This document shows, in pieces, positions 17,696 to 27,100 of a stretch of DNA of 64,000 bases. The DNA is from an uncultured Pirellulales bacterium (GTDB taxonomy: Bacteria > Planctomycetota > Phycisphaerae > Sedimentisphaerales > Anaerohalosphaeraceae). The DNA is taken from positions 100,078 through 164,077 of the forward strand of contig CAZVPF010000002.1 of the NCBI GenBank assembly GCA_964628195.1. Direction: 5' to 3'. The notes beneath the pieces were generated by a model, which searched no databases, had not been told where the DNA came from, and saw nothing but the letters and a program-made list of their open reading frames with translations. Position 1 is the first letter of the stretch, and every line of letters starts with the position of its first letter. The position numbers and the translations under genes were made by a program.

Positions 17696-19114
17696 ATGAA
17701 AGTGATGCTAATCTCACAGCCGGGCAAAGAAACCATCAAAAGCGATCTGGCAAAGCTGATCCATGAAGAAAGAGGTGTGAACCCGCCCATCGGGCTTCTT
17801 TACGTTGCAGCTTCCATAAAACAATGGTCCGGGCATGAAGTAAAAGTAGTTGACGCAGCAGTGGATAATTTGTCGGTCGAACAGATTAAGAGCGAAGTTG
17901 AATCTTACTGGCCGGATGTGGTTGGTATGACGCTTACCACTTTCTCTTTGATTGAAAGTATAAGCATAGCCAAAGCAATTAAACAGTTAAACAGCGACAT
18001 AAAGATCATTGCAGGGGGCATACATATTTATATTTACCCCGAGGAAACGCTGAAACTGGGGTGTTTCGATTACGGCGTGCTCGGCGAAGCAGAAAATATA
18101 ATCTGCCCCTTGCTTGACTGCATAGAGAAAGGCATTGAGCCCTCGCAAGTAAAAGGTGTTGTATACAAAGCAGATGGCGGTGTTCATTACACAGGCGAGC
18201 CCAGACTGCTTGAAGACCTAGACAGCATACCTTTTCCGGATCGGACTATGCTGCCTTACAAAAAGTACAATTCGATAGTTGCAAAGCATAACCCTGTAAG
18301 TATTATGATTACCAGCCGGGGTTGTCCGTACGGCTGCATATTCTGCGATAGGCCGCATTTAGGCAAAAGGTTTCGCATGCGTTCTGCGGAAAACGTTGTT
18401 GACGAGTTCGAGGAATGCTACAAATTAGGAATCGGGGAGATTCTGGTGTATGATGACACTTTTACACTGAATTCTCAACGGGTGATTGACATCTGCGAAG
18501 GTCTGGTCGATAGGGGGATTAATATTTCATGGGGAATAAGAGCAAGGGTGGACACTGTAAACGAAAAGATGATAAAGGCTCTTAAAAAAGCCGGCTGTGT
18601 CAGGGTGAACTACGGTGTTGAATCCGGCAGCCCGGATATCTTAAAAACTCTTAACAAGGGGATAACCCTTGAACAGGTTGAAAAGGCCTTTGCAATGACC
18701 CGAAAGTTTGGAATAGACACACTTGCTTATTTCATGATTGGCTGCCCCGGAGACACACTTGAAACGATCGAACGTACTCAGGAGATTGCCAAAAAGATTA
18801 AGCCTTCATACGCGCACTTTACAATTTTGATGCCTTTCCCTGCTACCAAAATATACACCGATGCCGTTGATAACAAAATTATCAGCAGTGATGTTTGGAG
18901 GGAATTTGCAGAGAGCCCTCAAAGTGATTTTGAGATACCGGTTTATGAAGAAAGTTTCAAACGGGAGGAACTAATAGACCTGCTCACAAAATGTAATAAA
19001 TCTTTCTACCTGAGGCCGACCTTCGTAATTCGAGAATTATTCAAAAAAAAGCAGTTCGACCAGGTTTTCAAAGAGATAAAGGTTGCCTGGCGTCTTTTAT
19101 TCAAGGGAAAATAA
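17696..19114 (+). CDS. B12-binding-domain radical SAM enzyme (class B)
   Basis: The N-terminus is a Rossmann-like cobalamin-binding region (PPIGLLYVAASIK...VVGMT...IIAGGIH). It is followed by the radical SAM cluster motif SRGCPYGCIFC. Confidence 0.9.
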   Translation: MKVMLISQPGKETIKSDLAKLIHEERGVNPPIGLLYVAASIKQWSGHEVKVVDAAVDNLSVEQIKSEVESYWPDVVGMTLTTFSLIESISIAKAIKQLNSDIKIIAGGIHIYIYPEETLKLGCFDYGVLGEAENIICPLLDCIEKGIEPSQVKGVVYKADGGVHYTGEPRLLEDLDSIPFPDRTMLPYKKYNSIVAKHNPVSIMITSRGCPYGCIFCDRPHLGKRFRMRSAENVVDEFEECYKLGIGEILVYDDTFTLNSQRVIDICEGLVDRGINISWGIRARVDTVNEKMIKALKKAGCVRVNYGVESGSPDILKTLNKGITLEQVEKAFAMTRKFGIDTLAYFMIGCPGDTLETIERTQEIAKKIKPSYAHFTILMPFPATKIYTDAVDNKIISSDVWREFAESPQSDFEIPVYEESFKREELIDLLTKCNKSFYLRPTFVIRELFKKKQFDQVFKEIKVAWRLLFKGK

Positions 19115-19117
19115 GTC

Positions 19118-19696
19118 ATGTCCGAAAAAGTCAGGGATGGAGCTCTAAGTGGATTGCTGAGAACCTTAAGATTTAGAGAAGTTGTTCCACACATTAAGGG
19201 CAGAAGAATACTGGACATCGGCTGTGACCAGGGCTATATCATACCGCATCTTCCTGATGACATCGAATACATAGGCATAGATCAGGATGAGCATATGCTT
19301 GGCAAGGCAAGAATAAAATATCCGGATCACATTTTTTACAAAATCGAAATAAATGCAGATACTGTCGGAACAGTTGAACTCGGGACTTTTGATACTATAC
19401 TTATGGTTGCGGTAATAGAACATATGGACCAGCCGTTTGAGATACTGACAGGATTAAGCAGCTTCCTGAATGTAAACGGAAGGATAATCATAACTTCACC
19501 TGCAGAAAAAGGCCACGGTTTACTGAGCGGTTTGAGCTGTTTGGGCCTGACAAGAAATGACAAAGATGAACATGAATCATATATTGATAATGCAATGATG
19601 TCTGGATTTATTGCGGAAAGCAGCCTCGAAGGAATCTTGCATAAAACATTTGAATTTGGTTTGAATCAGTTATGGGTTTTGAAAAAGAATAACTAA
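19118..19696 (+). CDS. class I SAM-dependent methyltransferase
   Basis: Motif I ILDIGCDQG, followed by YIGIDQDEHML and ILMVAVIEHM. Confidence 0.8.
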   Translation: MSEKVRDGALSGLLRTLRFREVVPHIKGRRILDIGCDQGYIIPHLPDDIEYIGIDQDEHMLGKARIKYPDHIFYKIEINADTVGTVELGTFDTILMVAVIEHMDQPFEILTGLSSFLNVNGRIIITSPAEKGHGLLSGLSCLGLTRNDKDEHESYIDNAMMSGFIAESSLEGILHKTFEFGLNQLWVLKKNN

Positions 19697-19730
19697 CGGA
19701 AATACATGTTAGATTAACTTTTACTAAAGG

Positions 19731-20774
19731 ATGTTTTATATAGCTAAATCAAATCACAATATTTATACCGGCTTTTCAAATTACGAAGAATTCAACCAGC
19801 AAGACAGAAAAATTCGCGCAGAGTCAGAGTTAGAAAAGTGGGGACAAGAGGCTGATATTTTCAGAAAATATCGTCTAAAATGGAAAAAAGCCGCTGAAGA
19901 AGATTTTCTGCCTGAGCATCCTCTAAATGTGGACATTGAGCTTTCCGATATTTGCAACCTGAGATGCAAGATGTGTGCGCAGGGCATGGGAACAGTTCGA
20001 GGAGCGGGTTTTATGAGTAATGATATTGTTTGTAATATCATTGACCAATGTGCCCAAACAGGTGTTTATTCGATTAAGTTCAATTGGCGAGGTGAGGCTA
20101 CGCTAAATCCATTCCTGCCCGAAGCGATCAGCTATGCAAAGAAAAAGGGTATTCTTGAAGTGCAGATCAACACCAACGGACTTCCTTCACAAAAAGATAT
20201 TATCATTGAATGCGCTGAGAATGGGCTTGACAGGGTCATTTTCTCGGTTGACGGGTTCTCAAAACAGACCTATGAAAGTATCCGAATAAACGGCAGTTAT
20301 GAGCGGCTGCTTGAAAATATTCACAATCTTATTGACTGGAAAAAAAATTCTGCAGGTTCAAAGCCCCATGTAAGGGTTCAAATGGTACGTACCAAACAAA
20401 ATGCACATGAAGTGGAAGATTTTATCGAATACTGGCAGCAGCTGGTTGACGATGTGCGGATAAGTGATGTTATGGATCGCGGGCAAGGCGGAGATCTCAC
20501 CGTGGCAGACCAGGTCGTTACGGGAAGACGAAGGTGTCCACAACCTTTCCAGAGACTTACGATCGGCAGGGACTGCAGGGTTAGCCCCTGCTGCGCAGAC
20601 TGGGACCAGGAATTTATTCTTGGCGATATTCGTCAAAACACATTGATGGAGATGTGGCAGTGTGAGATGATCAATGATTTACGCGAAAAACTCAGAAATA
20701 TACAGCATCACAAGATTAAAATTTGCAGAAGCTGTCCTGTTAAAGAAAGTTACATTTGGCGAAAAATAAAGTAA
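19731..20774 (+). CDS. radical SAM / SPASM-domain enzyme
   Basis: CX3CX2C motif DICNLRCKMC. The C-terminal region is Cys-rich (RRRCPQPF...VSPCCADW...KICRSCP), as in SPASM/twitch auxiliary-cluster domains. Confidence 0.85.
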   Translation: MFYIAKSNHNIYTGFSNYEEFNQQDRKIRAESELEKWGQEADIFRKYRLKWKKAAEEDFLPEHPLNVDIELSDICNLRCKMCAQGMGTVRGAGFMSNDIVCNIIDQCAQTGVYSIKFNWRGEATLNPFLPEAISYAKKKGILEVQINTNGLPSQKDIIIECAENGLDRVIFSVDGFSKQTYESIRINGSYERLLENIHNLIDWKKNSAGSKPHVRVQMVRTKQNAHEVEDFIEYWQQLVDDVRISDVMDRGQGGDLTVADQVVTGRRRCPQPFQRLTIGRDCRVSPCCADWDQEFILGDIRQNTLMEMWQCEMINDLREKLRNIQHHKIKICRSCPVKESYIWRKIK

Positions 20775-23700
20775 AAATAATAGCCGAGATTGCTAATGCT
20801 CACCAGGGCAATCCTGAGTTGGCTTTGGAGTTAGCACGAGCAAGCATCGAGGCCGGTGCAGATGCTGTGAAGTTTCAGGTATATTTCGCTGAAGAGCTTT
20901 TGGTCGGCACGCATAGCCGTTTCGAACATTTCAAAAATCAGTCTTTTAGTGAAGATGACTGGGACAAAATTTTTGAAAAGGTATGCAAGTTTGGCTCAGA
21001 AGTGTATGCGGATGTTTTTGGAGCAAAAGCGATTGCTGTCGCTGCAAAATACGACCTGGATGGGTTGAAAATACATTCCTCTGATTTGACCAACACCAGC
21101 CTTCTCAATAAGGCGGCAAAGTATAAAAGAAAATTGTTTTTGGCTGTTGGGGGCAGCACAATTCTGGAAATTAAATACGCACTTGATCGGTTGGCCAATG
21201 CGGGCTGTTCCAGCCGGATTGTTCTAATGCATGGATTTCAGGCTTATCCCACCAAGGTCGAGCATGCAGCACTTTGCAGGCTCAAAATGCTTAAAGAATA
21301 CTTCGGAGATTCTGTTTCGCTCGGCTATTCGGATCATGCCGACGCGGAGACTGATTTTTCACTGTTTCTGCCGTTAATCTCGCTTCCATTCGAAGTTCGG
21401 TACATCGAAAAGCATGTTACGCTTGACCGTGCTTCCAGGGGGGTCGATTACTATTCTTCTTATGAGCCGGATGAGCTTGCAAATTTTATTGAATGTGTCA
21501 GGGTGGCTGAGAAAGCTATAGGTGATAAGCCTTTATGTTTTTCACAGTCCGAAAAAGTTTACAGGAAAACGGTAAAAAAACAGTGGGTCGCCGCCCGTGA
21601 CATGCAAAAAGGTGACGTTATAAATGAGTCGGACTTGGTCATGCTCCGTACCGAGGACTCTGTGAACGGCGCCGCTTATGAAAGTCTTATAGGCAGCAAA
21701 CTGGTTTGCGATGTCGCAAAAGAGCAGGTTATTTCCAGAAATGATATCAAAAACAGAATTTTAGCGGTAGTGGTAGCTCGTTCGGATTCGAGCAGGCTTC
21801 CCGGAAAGGCCGTCTGTCCGATCAACGGTGAGCCGGCCATAAGCCACTTGTTAAACCGCCTCGAAAGGGCCAAGGATAAAGGCTTTCTGGACACCATTGC
21901 ATTTTGCACCACAACAGAGCCCTCTGACGATAAACTTGTGACTATAGCCTCGAAGCACTCTTGTTTTGTGTACAGGGGTTCGGTCGAAGATGTGTTGGCA
22001 CGCATGATGCTGGCAATAGATGATCACCATGATCACAACATAGTGCTTCGCGTTACCGGCGACGACCTGTTGATTGATCCTGATTATCTGCATAAAACAA
22101 TTGAACATCACCTGAAAAGCAATGCACATTACACCGATGCAAAGCAGTTGCCAAGTGGAACGGAAGTTGAGGTTTTCGATTCTGAAATTCTCAAGCTTAT
22201 TTATGAATTATCACATGACAGCAGCGGTTCGGAATATTTGACAAATTACATAGTAAGTAACGCCGACCAGTTTCACCTGGCGAGTCTGCCTGTTCCAGGC
22301 AGGCATGCTAAAAACTACCGGTTGACCCTCGACACGAAACAGGACTACGAGGTCATAAAAAATATTCTGGAATATTTTGAATCGATCGGCCTGAAGTATG
22401 ATTACACACTGGATGACATTTGCGAGTATTTTGAGAATTACCCTAAGGCACAAGCCGCTAATCGAACCGTCAGGCAAAAAACAACGCCGTTGACAGTGGA
22501 TACGAGGATTAACTGGGGAAATTACACCCGTAGTCCGCTGGTCAGCGTATATATCGTGAACCATAACTACGGGAGCTATATAAAACAAGCCATCGATTCA
22601 ACGCTTAATCAAAAGTTCAGGGATTTTGAGGTAATTATTATTGACGATGGCTCGACCGATGATTCGAGGAAGGTCATTGAATGCTATCGGAATAACCCTC
22701 GGGTTTCGGTCGTTTACCAGGAAAATAAGGGCCTGAATGTAACCTGCAATATTGCCTTGAAGCTTTCAAAGGGAAAATACATCATGCGTCTCGACGCGGA
22801 TGATTACCTGGATGAAAACGCATTGCTTGTAATGGTCGAGAGGCTCGAACGACAGGAAAATGCGGCGATAATATTTCCGGATTATTATATTGTCGACCGG
22901 GACGGTAATATTCTTTCTCTCGAAAGAAGGCACGACTTCAGTCAAGTGGAACTCCTTGATCAGCCTGCCCATGGCGCATGTTCGTTGATAAGGAAATCCT
23001 GTCTGCTCGAAGCGGGTGGTTATAACGAGAAATATAATTGCCAGGATGGTTATGACCTCTGGTTTAAAATGACCAGGGATTATAGAGTCACAAATGTAAA
23101 TCTTCCGCTATTCTATTATCGCCGCCACGATAAAAACCTCACTTTGAAAGAGGACCGCCTTTTGTTCACCAGGCATGAACTTATAAAGGAGCACACAGCC
23201 GAATACAATATAAATAACAAAAAACACCTTTGTATTCTTCCAATCCGTGCTTTTCCCGATGGGAATTCACTTGCTGTCAGGCCTTTTGCAGGCTCGAGTC
23301 TTCTTGACTTAACGCTTGCGCAGATTCGGGAAAGTGAGAATGTAACTCAAACGGTAGTTACAAGCCCTGACAACAAAGTCCTCGATATTGCAGGAAAATA
23401 TGACTCAGACTTGGTTTTGACACTGGACCAAAGGCCGGTTGATTTGAGCGGATATAATACCCGTATAGAACAAACGGTGAATTATTTGCTTGAAAGGTAT
23501 TTTGCAGACATTGAATTTGACACGATAACGATTGTCAACTACGAGTACCCTTTTAGAAAGCCGATCTATATAGATAAGGCAATAAACACTCTCTATCTTT
23601 ATAACGTTGACGCTGTCATAGCAGTTGAACAGAAAAATGCGAATTATTATCAGCATTACGGCAATGGCCTCGTTCCCTTTAAGACAAACACGGAACTCAA

Positions 23701-23893
23701 TCTGGAAAGAGAGTTTATTTATGAAGAAGCTGGAGGAATTCACTGCATACGGTTTGATTCCTATCAGCGATACGGATCAATGCTGAGTGGCAAAATCGGA
23801 CATATAGTTATGGACCGTCTGAGCGTTAGAAAAGCCGAGTGTGAAATTGACTTTGAGATGCTTGAAATGTTATTTAAAAAGAGCGTTAAATGA
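20756..23893 (+). CDS. four-domain fusion: NeuB-family sugar-acid synthase (with SAF) + SpsF/PseF-like cytidylyltransferase + GT2 glycosyltransferase + NeuA-like (degenerate) cytidylyltransferase domain
   Basis: aa 5-330: IIAEIANAHQG...GADAVKFQ...LGYSDH plus a SAF-like tail. aa 334-560: ILAVVVARSDSSRLPGK...VTGDDLLIDP. aa 594-800: VSVYIVNHNY...IIIDDGSTDDS...RLDADD. aa 824-1040 is NeuA-like and ends ECEIDFEMLEMLF. TTG start, 19 nt overlapping the upstream gene; one uninterrupted ORF. Confidence 0.8.
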   Translation: MAKNKVKIIAEIANAHQGNPELALELARASIEAGADAVKFQVYFAEELLVGTHSRFEHFKNQSFSEDDWDKIFEKVCKFGSEVYADVFGAKAIAVAAKYDLDGLKIHSSDLTNTSLLNKAAKYKRKLFLAVGGSTILEIKYALDRLANAGCSSRIVLMHGFQAYPTKVEHAALCRLKMLKEYFGDSVSLGYSDHADAETDFSLFLPLISLPFEVRYIEKHVTLDRASRGVDYYSSYEPDELANFIECVRVAEKAIGDKPLCFSQSEKVYRKTVKKQWVAARDMQKGDVINESDLVMLRTEDSVNGAAYESLIGSKLVCDVAKEQVISRNDIKNRILAVVVARSDSSRLPGKAVCPINGEPAISHLLNRLERAKDKGFLDTIAFCTTTEPSDDKLVTIASKHSCFVYRGSVEDVLARMMLAIDDHHDHNIVLRVTGDDLLIDPDYLHKTIEHHLKSNAHYTDAKQLPSGTEVEVFDSEILKLIYELSHDSSGSEYLTNYIVSNADQFHLASLPVPGRHAKNYRLTLDTKQDYEVIKNILEYFESIGLKYDYTLDDICEYFENYPKAQAANRTVRQKTTPLTVDTRINWGNYTRSPLVSVYIVNHNYGSYIKQAIDSTLNQKFRDFEVIIIDDGSTDDSRKVIECYRNNPRVSVVYQENKGLNVTCNIALKLSKGKYIMRLDADDYLDENALLVMVERLERQENAAIIFPDYYIVDRDGNILSLERRHDFSQVELLDQPAHGACSLIRKSCLLEAGGYNEKYNCQDGYDLWFKMTRDYRVTNVNLPLFYYRRHDKNLTLKEDRLLFTRHELIKEHTAEYNINNKKHLCILPIRAFPDGNSLAVRPFAGSSLLDLTLAQIRESENVTQTVVTSPDNKVLDIAGKYDSDLVLTLDQRPVDLSGYNTRIEQTVNYLLERYFADIEFDTITIVNYEYPFRKPIYIDKAINTLYLYNVDAVIAVEQKNANYYQHYGNGLVPFKTNTELNLEREFIYEEAGGIHCIRFDSYQRYGSMLSGKIGHIVMDRLSVRKAECEIDFEMLEMLFKKSVK

Positions 23894-24903
23894 ACTGTTT
23901 TAAGGGAAAATACGGTCCTTATATTATTGCCGAGATAGGCGGCAATCATGAAGGAGATTTTGAGTATGCAAAACGGCTGACAGAGCTTGCCGTAAGGTCC
24001 GGTGCCGATGCGGTTAAATATCAGTTATACACCGGCGATTCCCTTGTCAACAGGCTTGAGGATTTGGATCGCAACAAACATTTTAAAAAATTTCAGTTGA
24101 GAGACGAGCAGTATATCGAACTTGCTGAGATTTGCAGCTCCTTTGGCGTCACGTTTATGGCTTCAGTATGGAACATCGATGCTTTTGATTTTATCGATCC
24201 TTACATGAAAGTATATAAGATCGGGTCGGGTGACTTGACCGCTTACAACGTTATTAAACGCACGGTCGAAACAGGAAAGCCGATAATTATGTCCACTGGC
24301 CTTTCCACAATGACTGAAGTTCTCGAAACTGTTAAGTTTATTACTGGGCTTGATAAAAGCTATATCACAGACAGGAAACTGGCACTGATGCAGTGTTCGG
24401 CTATGTATCCTATACCGGATGAAGATGCAAATTTGAATGTTATGCTCTCATTGAGAGAAAAGACTTCTCTGCCTGTAGGCTATTCCGATCACACTTTAGG
24501 AACTGATGCACTTGAGACGGCTGCTGCGATGGGGGCTGAAATCCTTGAGATGCATTTTACAGACACCAGGCAGCACAAAACTTTCAGGGACCATAAGATC
24601 GCATTAACAGCCCCTGAGATAGAAAACTTGATTGAAAAGATTAAAAAAATATATTTGCTCCAGGGAAACTACGATAAAAAGCCGGTAACTTCCGAAATTC
24701 AGGCAGGTCATGTCATTTCTTTTCGGCGTGGGGTTTATCCGCTGACAGATTTACCTGCGGGCCATAAGATTGATAAAACTGACCTTGTGACTTTAAGGCC
24801 TTGTCACGGGATCGGAGCAAATCACTTTTATGAAATTGTAGGCAAAACTTTGAAAATAGATGTAAAAAAGCTTCAGCTTTTAGGATGGAATATGTTTGAT
24901 TAA
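23890..24903 (+). CDS. NeuB-family nonulosonic-acid synthase (NeuB/PseI/LegI-like) with SAF domain
   Basis: Canonical YIIAEIGGNHEGDFEYAKRL...GADAVKYQ...VGYSDHTLG motifs and a C-terminal SAF-like region. ATGA overlap with the upstream fusion gene. Confidence 0.9.
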   Translation: MNCFKGKYGPYIIAEIGGNHEGDFEYAKRLTELAVRSGADAVKYQLYTGDSLVNRLEDLDRNKHFKKFQLRDEQYIELAEICSSFGVTFMASVWNIDAFDFIDPYMKVYKIGSGDLTAYNVIKRTVETGKPIIMSTGLSTMTEVLETVKFITGLDKSYITDRKLALMQCSAMYPIPDEDANLNVMLSLREKTSLPVGYSDHTLGTDALETAAAMGAEILEMHFTDTRQHKTFRDHKIALTAPEIENLIEKIKKIYLLQGNYDKKPVTSEIQAGHVISFRRGVYPLTDLPAGHKIDKTDLVTLRPCHGIGANHFYEIVGKTLKIDVKKLQLLGWNMFD

Positions 24904-24927
24904 TTTTTTTATGAGGATAGAAAGCCA

Positions 24928-25971
24928 ATGAAATGCCTCGACGAACTGATTAGTATTTCCGAATCATTTTATGAAAAGTGCGACAGCTTAGTCCAGAAGC
25001 ATCCATGGGCCGTATGTATCGCAATGCACGAGTATGCGAGAAATTTATATCCAGCGGACCCTTATATACCTTTTTCATCGGGACAAAGCTCTACCGAAAG
25101 AGTTTATCAGGTGACAGTCAACTTGATTGATTTTTTAAATAAGACTGCTGTGATTGGAAATTATGAAACGAGAGCGTATACTGATATCATTGATGCTGAA
25201 GTAAAAGAGAAGACCGGTGATGTATACGGTAGTTTTTGGGAAACTTTCTCATACGAAGATCTTACAGAAAATGCAATCAATATTTTAAAAGACCGATGGA
25301 TAAAAAATGGATTTGATTTAAAACTGATTGAGGGAAAAAAAGCCATCGATATTGGTTGCGGATCAGGACGATATACTTTCGCCCTGAGAAAGCTGGGCTG
25401 TAAACATGTAACAGGGGTTGACTACGGAGACCGGGGCCTGGAGGTTGCGAAAAAGATTATTAAGCAAAGTGGGATTGACAATATAGACTTTGAAAAAGCG
25501 AATATTCTGGATCTTCCCTTCGAAAATGCAGCTTTTGATTTTGTATTTTGCCACGGAGTTCTTCATCATACCGAAGATATGGAAAAAGGACTGTCCGAAA
25601 TGATCCGTGTTGCCGCACCCGGGGCAACAATATGGCTGTATATATACGGCGATGGCGGTATATTCTGGCATGCCCGCAAACGAATGCCTCAGGTTATGAA
25701 GAAAATACCTCAGCCTTACACAATGAAAGTTCTCAATTTGATCGGTATGCCGTCAAATCGCTTTATATTCGCCGACAACTGGTATGTTCCTATTGAAAGA
25801 CATACCACCGATAAGCAGGCAAGGGACATTCTGAAAAAGTTGGGAATAAAAAAGATCGAAAGAAAAGTTCATGGTCGCCCAACCGACCTCGATTATCTTT
25901 CTATGAATGGGGGTGAAGAAGGCAAAATTATGTGGGGCGATGGTGAGCTAAGTTATTTTTTGGAAAAATAA
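24928..25971 (+). CDS. class I SAM-dependent methyltransferase with ~130-aa N-terminal extension
   Basis: Motif I AIDIGCGSGRYT, VTGVDYGDRGLEVAKK and FDFVFCHGVLHHTED. Confidence 0.8.
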   Translation: MKCLDELISISESFYEKCDSLVQKHPWAVCIAMHEYARNLYPADPYIPFSSGQSSTERVYQVTVNLIDFLNKTAVIGNYETRAYTDIIDAEVKEKTGDVYGSFWETFSYEDLTENAINILKDRWIKNGFDLKLIEGKKAIDIGCGSGRYTFALRKLGCKHVTGVDYGDRGLEVAKKIIKQSGIDNIDFEKANILDLPFENAAFDFVFCHGVLHHTEDMEKGLSEMIRVAAPGATIWLYIYGDGGIFWHARKRMPQVMKKIPQPYTMKVLNLIGMPSNRFIFADNWYVPIERHTTDKQARDILKKLGIKKIERKVHGRPTDLDYLSMNGGEEGKIMWGDGELSYFLEK

Positions 25972-25976
25972 GATTT

Positions 25977-27050
25977 ATGCCGGAACAAATGACACAGAAT
26001 AAAATATCTGATTTCGGGTTTAAGGTTTTCCAAATAGAAATCAACAGTAGTTGCAACATGCAATGTTCCTTTTGCGCTTATCCTTTGCGTTCGGTGCCGA
26101 AAATGAACATGGATTTGGAGCAGATAAAACACATTATTGACCAAGCCGCCGAAGACGGTTCATTAAGATTTGTTGCTTTTCAGCATTATGGTGAGCCCCT
26201 GCTTCACAAGAGCCTCTTTGAAGCTATCGACTACGCCCGTGAAAAAGGCGTCAAATCCCAGGTTATCACAAATTGCCTTCTTTTGACAGATGATATTGTT
26301 GACAAATTGTTGACTCATTCGCCGGATATTCTGCGCCTCTCATTTCATACAACTGATCAAGAGCTTTATCAAAACACAAGAGGTTCAAATTTGCCTTTTC
26401 ATGAGTATCGTAACAGGATAGAGCGTTGTGCTGTTAAAATATTGACGCAGAGAAATAACATCAAAGAATGCCGGATTGATATAGCTTGCGCCCCTCGAAT
26501 AAAATCAGTAACTAAAAAAATAAAACAAAAATTCTTCAATCAAAATCCTGGTGTAATTATTACTAAACGCATTGAAGATATTGAGGGCTCTGTTCGATCA
26601 TTTGCTGCTGATATTGCAGCCCGGGCATGTTTGACTTTTGATGGCGACCAGTTTAAAAGAAATGTTAGCGATTACAAAAAAAGCTGCAAATCAGCCAGTG
26701 TGTTATATAAATTCAATGATATTATGTCGTTAACAGTGAAAAGACATATTGACGGCAGACGGATGTTTCATAACATACCTGTACAATATGGAAAGTGCAG
26801 TACCAATACAATCGGGATATTGCCGGACGGGAGAATAACACTTTGTTGCCTGGACTGCGACGGTTGGACCTCGATCGGCAACGCGTTTGAAGATAAAATT
26901 ATTAACCTTTTAAGGCAAAATAGCGACCTGATAAGTCAGATTCGTAAAGGACCACGAATCCCGTTCGAGCCTTGTCAGCGATGCCAGGGTTACTCAAAAA
27001 GACCAGCTTCCTTTGCTCACGATTTTTTAAAAAGAATTCATTTACGATGA
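25977..27050 (+). CDS. radical SAM enzyme with C-terminal Cys-rich (SPASM/twitch-like) region
   Basis: CX3CX2C motif NSSCNMQCSFC. C-terminal Cys-rich stretches: KCSTN...ITLCCLDCDGW...FEPCQRCQGY. Confidence 0.8.
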   Translation: MPEQMTQNKISDFGFKVFQIEINSSCNMQCSFCAYPLRSVPKMNMDLEQIKHIIDQAAEDGSLRFVAFQHYGEPLLHKSLFEAIDYAREKGVKSQVITNCLLLTDDIVDKLLTHSPDILRLSFHTTDQELYQNTRGSNLPFHEYRNRIERCAVKILTQRNNIKECRIDIACAPRIKSVTKKIKQKFFNQNPGVIITKRIEDIEGSVRSFAADIAARACLTFDGDQFKRNVSDYKKSCKSASVLYKFNDIMSLTVKRHIDGRRMFHNIPVQYGKCSTNTIGILPDGRITLCCLDCDGWTSIGNAFEDKIINLLRQNSDLISQIRKGPRIPFEPCQRCQGYSKRPASFAHDFLKRIHLR

Positions 27051-27100
27051 GTTAGGGTTATATCTCGACCTCCTTTAAAGTTACATAGAGTGAGTATTAA

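Noticed and set aside
1499-19114. Hopanoid-type system (HpnN-like MMPL exporter plus HpnI-like GT2 and HpnJ/HpnP-like B12-rSAM)
   Set aside because: The exporter and the GT2/rSAM pair are about 12 kb apart in unrelated operons. No squalene-hopene cyclase, HpnH or HpnG was seen. The GT2 has the GtrB/ArnC architecture and sits in a polysaccharide locus.
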